Shown here: positions 60,201 through 64,000 of the stretch, in pieces
How positions within the stretch are numbered: the first letter of the stretch is position 1
Layout of the letters: each line of letters begins with the position of its first letter
Source: Lama glama
Taxonomy: Eukaryota
Direction of reading: 5' to 3'
Assembly (NCBI GenBank): GCA_028534125.1
Contig: CM052842.1
Span: forward strand, 3,720,001 to 3,784,000
DNA length: 64,000 nucleotides
Position numbers and translations under genes: made by a program
The notes under the pieces: generated by a model
What the model was told of the DNA's origin: nothing
The model's input: the letters and a program-made list of their open reading frames with translations, nothing else
The model's database searches: none

Positions 60201-62040
60201 GACTCTGTTTTCTTGCTGGACTGTTGCTTTCTTTACCATAACTCTTCTTGCTTAACTACCTTTCCTCTATTTCTGCATTCCCTCACTTCCCTAGTTAGTA
60301 ACTGCTTGAGTCTGCTCTTTGGAACTCCGGGAAGGCCAGACAAGAAGCGGGGACACAGAGGGGCTTGTACCTGGGGAGGCCCCTCAGGGTCCTGCTCAGT
60401 TGCAGCCCCCCCTTTTCTCTGATACTCCTCCATCCTGAGGGGAACAGAGGCAGGACAAGAATGGGAATAAAGTTTTGGATAGATGGGTTAGTCGTAAACT
60501 CAGCAGGGGAACTTGGTGTCAGTCCGAAGACTGGACGTGTAGTCACCTGCTGGCCGGTTTGCAATCTTCCCTCCTGGTCCTCTCACTGGTGTGGGGTGCT
60601 GGTGAGGGATCCAGCACTGGTCATGTTCATTCTTAGTTCATTGCTCTTTTTCCATATTTGCCTTGTTCTTTGACTTCCTTCCTCCCCCGCCCTCTCCATT
60701 GCATGCAGGTCAGGTTTGCTGGCAGCCCCAAGCGTCTCGTATGCCCCAGAATCAGCCGTAGCACAATGTTCTACAGAAACAGACCGCCCATCTGGGACTC
60801 TGAAGAGAATTTCACAGGGGCTCTTTTCAGAGATGAGGGTTGGACAGACGGATGCTGTAGCTCTCGGGGGGCGTGGCTGCCGTGGGCCTGGAGGGATGCA
60901 GGAGAGAGACCACATTACCAGAGTCTAGTGAGAGGTTTGGGTTTGGTTGCATCTCTTTTGTGAGAACTTCACAAGCCCTGTTCAGGTTTCTTTTCCGAAC
61001 TTAACACTGAGTATTGAAAGTGGGCAGGGCTCGTGACTGAGTCATCTTTGGTCCTGGGACCTAGACTGCAGCTTGCAGCGAACAAACAACAAACATGAGT
61101 TGGCCAGATACATGGCTTACGTCGTCGTGCAAGCAGCAGTCACGCTGCAGGACAAACAAGTCACGGCAAGAAGATCTGACCGTTTTGCTGTCCCTCTACA
61201 GAAAATGGCAAATGGGGTCCCTTCCCTTTTCCCGTCTTCCCTCCTCCTTTTTCTCTTCCTCCAAAGTGCAGAATGACAGGCGCACAACAGCAGCAGCACC
61301 CACAGCAGCTCACCTGTGTGGCCGCTGCCAGGCGCTCCTTTAGTGCGCGCGGCGTCCGCTGGCCCGCTGCTGCCCGCCTGTCGTGTAAGGGAGGAAACTA
61401 ACGGTCAGGAAACTTGTCCCTCTCTTAAGCCAGCCGTTACTAAGAACTTACACCCACGCGATCTCAGCCACCGTGCTTGAGGGCAGAGGCTATAGTTTAA
61501 TCATTCCTGCCCCTCCCAACTCCTGGAAAAGTGACCCACAAAATGTAGGTACTTGGCAAATTATTGGTGCAACGATAAATTAATGTATTGGTGACATGGG
61601 GACTGAATTGAAATGTGGGTACATGGTCAAATTTGGGGTGTGTCCAGGATGGGACATAATGAAGTCTGGAGAAAGCACAGAAAACTTGGAATTGTGGTCA
61701 TATATTGGGGGGGTGCGTATTGCTGTGATCACAGTTGGGGCATCACGACTGGGGCACAGTCAGCCCTGTTGGTGGCCATGGTCCATGCCTGCTGGACTGG
61801 CAGGGACGACGGGCTGCTGGGGTGAACTTTAGAGTGTGCAGAATCCGGGAAGGCTGCCAGACGGGGAGTGCAGTCTGGACCATGGGAGGAGCACCGTTCC
61901 TCCATACCCTGGCTCTCTCCTTCCCGGCACTGACCACTTGATTTCATGTTTTCTCTTTCTAGGGAGACCGCGGTGCACCTGGGACCCCTGGCTCTCCTGG
62001 CAGCCGCGGAGACCCGGGCGTTGGGGCTGCTGGCCCTCCT
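188..62040 (+). CDS. COL22A1: Collagen type XXII alpha 1 chain, internal multi-exon part (25 exons, 1323 nt, 441 aa spliced); 5' and 3' ends outside the window
   Basis: 25 AG/GT-flanked, phase-0 exons join into an open Gly-X-Y frame. Exon order and interruptions (VQREGLKGEQ, TSLFTPHPRLP, GKGKDGEP, GVGAAG) match recalled human COL22A1. Confidence 0.93.
279..397. repeat. Compound (TG/CG/CA)n alternating purine-pyrimidine tract
   Basis: About 119 bp of nearly uninterrupted RY alternation. Confidence 0.9.
1190..1760 (-). mobile_element. Old L1 (L1M/L1ME-like) fragment, antisense; boundaries approximate
   Basis: ttgggttgttttcagtttttcatgattaaaactaatgct... resembles the reverse-strand L1 3' region. 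Confidence 0.55.
3117..3170 (+). CDS. COL22A1: COL22A1 exon, 54 nt: GDRGLDGFPGKQGETGEQ
   Basis: Long polypyrimidine tract plus ccag; gtaggc donor. Confidence 0.93.
3420..3860 (+). mobile_element. Old L1 (L1MC/ME-like) 3' fragment; boundaries approximate
   Basis: gttcactgcag...aaacagcccagacgctcatcagta...gtattgctaactgagaaa...ttttgaactatgt resembles the L1M 3' end. Confidence 0.55.
5284..5328 (+). CDS. COL22A1: COL22A1 exon, 45 nt: GRAGPPGVPGPQGEK
   Basis: ttcttccctccag acceptor; gtaagc donor. Confidence 0.93.
7048..7552 (-). mobile_element. MaLR solo LTR (MLT1F/G-like)
   Basis: tgtattagttacctcctgctgcataacaaatcatcc ... gggaggctgacctagcaca; TG...CA ends, about 500 bp. Confidence 0.75.
8340..8460 (+). 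mobile_element. L1MC-like 3' end with A-rich tail
   Basis: gtactttccatgcaactttgctgtgtggctaaaactgctctaaaaagtaaggtctatttgaaaaaaag. Confidence 0.6.
9499..9543 (+). CDS. COL22A1: COL22A1 exon, 45 nt: GAVGPVGPPGVPGAV
   Basis: tttctccgcag acceptor; gtaagt donor. Confidence 0.93.
9818..9847 (+). CDS. COL22A1: COL22A1 microexon, 30 nt: VQREGLKGEQ (helix interruption)
   Basis: gtccctcag acceptor; gtaaga donor; matches recalled human VQQEGLKGEQ. Confidence 0.9.
10117..10170 (+). CDS. COL22A1: COL22A1 exon, 54 nt: GAPGPRGHQGPPGPPGAP
   Basis: taccag acceptor; gtaagt donor. Confidence 0.93.
11245..11365 (-). mobile_element. MIR fragment
   Basis: ttaagtagcttgcacacagtcacacagctaagaagcagaactgagcttggaactcag resembles the MIR core. 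Confidence 0.6.
13867..13920 (+). CDS. COL22A1: COL22A1 exon, 54 nt: GLTGPEGKDGPPGLQGLR
   Basis: Long pyrimidine tract plus aag acceptor; gtaagt donor. Confidence 0.93.
16270..17400 (-). mobile_element. L2 fragment (antisense) interrupted by an L1M fragment at about 16722-17040
   Basis: Starts ttcactcattcaacaaacatt (reverse L2 tail); caaggccctgaggcagg...gggccattgtgaggattttggctttt; resumes at tctggctgccgtgttgagaacagactg. Confidence 0.6.
18670..19338 (-). mobile_element. L1 fragment (ORF2 C-terminus plus 3' UTR), antisense
   Basis: Minus-strand translation TSLIIREVQSKTSGRCHLTLVRTA resembles L1 ORF2p SLAIREMQIKTTMRYHLTPVRMA; typical L1 3' UTR follows. Confidence 0.85.
19975..20190 (-). mobile_element. 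MIR
   Basis: ctcacttaattcctataagg...cccactgtgcaaatgagga...gggattagaactcaggtcctcctggctccaga. Confidence 0.65.
21154..21342. repeat. Degenerate (CAC/CAT)n trinucleotide repeat
   Basis: About 190 bp of accatcaccaccatcatc-type units. Confidence 0.9.
23847..23900 (+). CDS. COL22A1: COL22A1 exon, 54 nt: GKKGETGPPGTPGLLGPQ
   Basis: cttttgccctcag acceptor; gtaacc donor. Confidence 0.93.
24599..24676. repeat. C-rich low-complexity tract (G4 potential on the minus strand)
   Basis: ccctccctcctccaccccctcccactcccccctcc... Confidence 0.7.
28402..28420 (-). promoter_or_regulatory. CTCF consensus motif
   Basis: Minus strand reads GCCACTAGAGGGCAA, matching the core CCASYAGRKGGCR. Confidence 0.6.
29183..29236 (+). 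CDS. COL22A1: COL22A1 exon, 54 nt: GPPGPPGLPGPPGPGGPP
   Basis: ctttctttacag acceptor; gtaaga donor. Confidence 0.93.
29897..29950 (+). CDS. COL22A1: COL22A1 exon, 54 nt: GLPGEIGFPGKPGHPGQA
   Basis: cccttcccag acceptor; gtgagt donor. Confidence 0.93.
32108..32161 (+). CDS. COL22A1: COL22A1 exon, 54 nt: GPPGKDGLDGPPGLPGPK
   Basis: ggctcag acceptor; gttggt donor (weak). Confidence 0.9.
33096..33149 (+). CDS. COL22A1: COL22A1 exon, 54 nt: GAPGERGDDGLPGQPGPR
   Basis: ctttccttccag acceptor; gtaggg donor. Confidence 0.92.
33904..33978. repeat. (GTGTGC)n/(GT)n microsatellite
   Basis: tgtgtgtgcgtgtgcgtgtgcgtgtgcgtgtgcgtg... Confidence 0.9.
36831..36875 (+). CDS. COL22A1: COL22A1 exon, 45 nt: GEVGERGLAGRPGEK
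   Basis: ccatctctag acceptor; gtctgt donor (weak). Confidence 0.9.
37411..37473 (+). CDS. COL22A1: COL22A1 exon, 63 nt: GEAGLPGSPGFPGVQGEKGEQ
   Basis: ctttccacag acceptor; gtgagt donor. Confidence 0.93.
37939..37992 (+). CDS. COL22A1: COL22A1 exon, 54 nt: GEKGERGLLGLKGDRGEK
   Basis: ctttctctgtag acceptor; gtagga donor. Confidence 0.93.
38194..38290 (+). mobile_element. MER2-like (Tigger-derived) DNA transposon 5' fragment
   Basis: cggtatccacaggcagctggttccaggagcccctgcagatacccagatccatggatgctcaag...taaaatgg. Confidence 0.65.
38390..38600 (-). mobile_element. MIR
   Basis: ccccagttttcagatgaggaagctgaggcacagaag core. Confidence 0.65.
40589..40630 (+). CDS. COL22A1: COL22A1 exon, 42 nt: GDAGPAGPPGSPGT
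   Basis: ttcttcatctag acceptor; gtaagt donor. Confidence 0.92.
41015..41245 (+). mobile_element. MIR
   Basis: gggctttggagctggaaacaagtgggtttgaaccccagctgcgcc...gctgtggtcttaga. Confidence 0.6.
43366..43398 (+). CDS. COL22A1: COL22A1 microexon, 33 nt: TSLFTPHPRLP (non-collagenous interruption)
   Basis: tttccttttcag acceptor; gtaagt donor; matches recalled human TSLFTPHPRMP. Confidence 0.9.
47663..47716 (+). CDS. COL22A1: COL22A1 exon, 54 nt: GEPGPKGEKGDPGAPGDP
   Basis: ctctgccatcag acceptor; gtgagt donor. Confidence 0.93.
47992..48045 (+). CDS. COL22A1: COL22A1 exon, 54 nt: GPQGHPGELGPQGPTGPP
   Basis: tttcattgcag acceptor; gtaaga donor. Confidence 0.93.
48822..48875 (+). CDS. COL22A1: COL22A1 exon, 54 nt: GARGQEGAQGTPGAAGNP
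   Basis: ttcctctgcag acceptor; gtgagt donor. Confidence 0.93.
49259..49298. repeat. (CA/CG)n microsatellite
   Basis: tgcacacgcacgcgcacacacacacgcgcgcacacacac. Confidence 0.8.
49782..49826 (+). CDS. COL22A1: COL22A1 exon, 45 nt: GAPGPAGPSGPPGSA
   Basis: tctctgaacag acceptor; gtgagt donor. Confidence 0.9.
51411..51464 (+). CDS. COL22A1: COL22A1 exon, 54 nt: GPPGIRGPPGKDGERGEK
   Basis: ctctcttcag acceptor; gtaaga donor. Confidence 0.93.
51625..51775 (-). mobile_element. MIR
   Basis: ccccatttgacagaggtggagactgaggctctgagaga...cagacccaggtctgtctgactctaga. Confidence 0.65.
53639..54025 (-). mobile_element. MaLR solo LTR (MLT1B/C-like)
   Basis: gccaccgtaacagaggaccacaaactgg...tcttatgaggacacc...gttagggctt...tgaattctgggggacac. 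Confidence 0.75.
54168..54272 (+). CDS. COL22A1: COL22A1 exon, 105 nt: GAVGEEGSPGPAGPRGDPGAPGLPGPPGKGKDGEP
   Basis: tgctctccag acceptor; gtaagt donor; contains a GK-GKD imperfection and an RGD. Confidence 0.94.
54786..55190 (-). mobile_element. MaLR solo LTR (MLT1J-like)
   Basis: ttttgctgcagtaacaaagaacctgaaatctcagtggctt...ttggccaaagcaagcctcgtggccaagccca. Confidence 0.7.
55583..55937 (-). mobile_element. MaLR solo LTR (MLT1A-like), inserted into a MIR
   Basis: tgttttagtccatttgggctgctataa...ggcactaatcccatt...gacctaatcacc...aacattcagacca; MIR sequence resumes at about 55938-56060. Confidence 0.85.
56552..56596 (+). CDS. COL22A1: COL22A1 exon, 45 nt: GLRGPPGLPGLLGTK
   Basis: catttccccag acceptor; gtgagt donor. 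Confidence 0.93.
58051..58080. repeat. (GGGA)n tetranucleotide repeat
   Basis: aggagggagggagggagggagggagggagg; a shorter array lies at 51591-51610. Confidence 0.85.
59109..59167 (+). pseudogene. Non-functional homologue (pseudo-exon) of the human COL22A1 cassette exon AACGKVRGSENCALGGQCVK
   Basis: Sits in the expected intron. Follows tttcttctttaag. Fragments encode EVRESD, MGGQ and CV in different frames. Followed by AT rather than GT. Confidence 0.55.
59768..60510 (-). mobile_element. ERV1-class (MER41/MER4-group-like) 3' LTR (59768-60404) with polypurine tract and short internal remnant
   Basis: Minus strand begins TGCAACTGAGCAGGACCCTG and ends GGTAACA. It is directly preceded by AGAGAAAAGGGGGGGC, a polypurine tract. 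Confidence 0.7.
61963..62040 (+). CDS. COL22A1: COL22A1 exon, 78 nt: GDRGAPGTPGSPGSRGDPGVGAAGPP
   Basis: ttctctttctag acceptor; gtgagt donor; contains a GV-GAA imperfection and an RGD. Confidence 0.93.
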
Positions 62041-64000
62041 GTGAGTCCTTACTCATCCAGCACTTCCTTGCTTTCAGGGCACACAGTCGTTCCGTGCTGG
62101 CTCCCAAGGGAAGGTGCTGCCTCGGCCCTACTGCAGGGACACTCCTTGTCCAGCTAACGCAGTGGCGGCCCCTGATGTCTGCTCAGTCAGGGTGTAGGCC
62201 TGTCCACAGTGGCTGGTGTTGTTACTAAAACTTGGTGTACTTCTTATGGGAATAAGGTTTGTGGGGAGACCAAGACATGTCTGATTCAAAGAGGAGTGAG
62301 AGAACAAAAGTCGTTAAAATTGAAAAAGAAAAAAGGGCTCACTGACCAAACTTTGCAAAACCTGAGTCATAGCCAGTGAACTGGGACTGGCTGGGGAGGG
62401 GTGTGATGTGGGAGAAGCAGCATGCTTGCATGCGTTTCAGGCAGAAACGAGTTCATGACCCCTCGTCCTCCAGTTAACATACAGATGAGAACACAGAATC
62501 AAGAAAGGCTTTTATCCCCAGTGATGGGGTCTCCTCACTGGCAGTTCTGAACCCCCTACACCCGCCCACTGGGGTGAGCTGGCAGACTCCCCAGAGGGCT
62601 GCAGCCTGGCGTGGCCCTGCCATCATTTCACCGGTCTCTCCATGTCCCAGTCCACTCCCTGAGGGTTCATCTACCGAGCCCTTCCTCGGGAAGCCGGGCC
62701 ACCTCCCGCTCCAGAGCCACCCAATGTCGCCCATGAAATATGCTCCTACCCGAGTGATGCCACTGGAAAAGTGATTGGCTGGCTCCAGCCAAGAGGCTGT
62801 AAATCAACTGTTCAGTGTCCTTCCTCCACCTCAGTTATTAAAAGCTTCCGTGGTGGGTGAAACCTTATTGAATTTTCATAAATCCTGTCTTTGGCCAGTA
62901 GCCTAGGCTGCTTCCTAATGGCCCGGCCATCTGCGATGAGGGTTCAGGGCTGTGCTGCGAGCAGGCATGCGGAGACGGTGGAGGAGGGCGAGGGCGGACG
63001 TGAGTTCGGACGGGAAGCAGGGCCCATTTGCAGGAGGCCTGCCGTTTGCTGAGTGCTGAGGGCTGAGTCCAGAAGCATCCACACGCTCAGTCCTCCAGGC
63101 CTGTGAAAGCTGGTTTGCTCCTTGGTGAAGGCTGGGATTCTACAGAAGCATCTCCTGAGAACAGGATTCAAGGACAAGGAGTCTGTTTGGGAAAGTAGCT
63201 CAGCCATCACCCCTCCGGGAGAGGCAGCCTCCAGTGGCACCTGCCCCCCTCCACCCTGGAGACCGATTGGTGCAGACATAGAGCTGTGCTGAGAAAGGGG
63301 TGACACAGCGGGGGCTTGTGTGCCAGCTGCTGTTGGGCGTGGGTCGCACACAGCCCTGGGGAGCTGCCCTGCACGCCGGCCGAACGTCCCCTTGTGGCTA
63401 CAGGAAGCCCTGGGCAGCACCTGCAGCAAGCAGCTGCCTGGTGGGAGCGTGCCCAGGGAGTTAGGAGGGGCCCCCGATGGTGTCTGCTTCATCAGCGTCT
63501 TCCAGGTAAACATTCTGAGGTTCAGAAGGTGAAGTGACTTGGCCGATGTCCCGTAGCTGGGCCAGGGCCAGGGCTGGGACACAGAGCTCTTCCTACCTCC
63601 TCCAAAGTCAGGTCTCTTCCTCTGTTTCACCTCGCCTGTGGCTGCGGCAGGACGGGCAGGAGTGTTCATTTCTGTCACATTCTCACGTTGAGGATGGAGT
63701 CTCCTCGTCCTTCCTTCCGTGGTGCTCTGCCTACTCCAGGGCCTCTGGCTTCCTGTAGCAGCACCGACTCCCTGGGAGGGAGCCCAGGGCTTTCGCTGCC
63801 AGTGCTGTGCACATCACCGCGCAGGGGTGTGGACGGGGAGGCCGTTCTTTGGTGTTTTGGCCTCCCGTCCAAGATGTTAACCAAAAAATCCCTTTAATCT
63901 TCAGATGCCTCTGATCTTCCTTAAGCAGCGTCCGAAATGCTTGAAAATGACCCAGTTCCGCCTGAGGGCAGATCTAAGCGCCAGAGACCCCCGCTGACCC

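Noticed and set aside
188-62040. Alternative assignment to COL16A1, COL21A1 or a fibrillar collagen
   Set aside because: The interruption sequences and exon order fit recalled COL22A1; fibrillar collagens lack these interruptions.
63735-63790. Possible next collagen exon after ctactccag
   Set aside because: Reads GLWLPV then stop, with no Gly-X-Y frame or donor; the next exon is presumably beyond the window.
1-64000. CRISPR arrays, tRNA/rRNA genes, prokaryotic systems, U12 or GC-AG introns
   Set aside because: None seen; the DNA is eukaryotic and all 24 internal introns are GT-AG.

Overview
This is mammalian genomic DNA from the interior of a collagen gene on the + strand. I find 25 short exons (30-105 nt), all flanked by canonical AG/GT and all phase 0. 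They splice to 1,323 nt / 441 aa of mostly Gly-X-Y sequence. Diagnostic stretches (GFPGK, VQREGLKGEQ, GLPGEIGFPGKPG, TSLFTPHPRLP, GPPGKGKDGEP) match my recollection of collagen type XXII alpha 1 (COL22A1), exon for exon. The start and stop codons lie outside the window. The introns carry old eutherian repeats (MIR, L2, L1M, four MaLR LTRs, a MER2 fragment), an ERV1-type LTR with its polypurine tract, microsatellites and a strong CTCF motif. The ORF track is almost entirely spurious. I see no convincing new biological system. The best leads are: (1) a dead, L2-like homologue of the human Cys-containing cassette exon; (2) turnover of integrin-binding motifs (GLQGER to GLHGER, with new GAPGER/RGD); (3) a ~120-bp intronic element duplicated 8 kb apart; (4) a one-triplet exon deletion; (5) strongly GC-shifted repeat fossils. 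All human comparisons are from memory and need an alignment to confirm.
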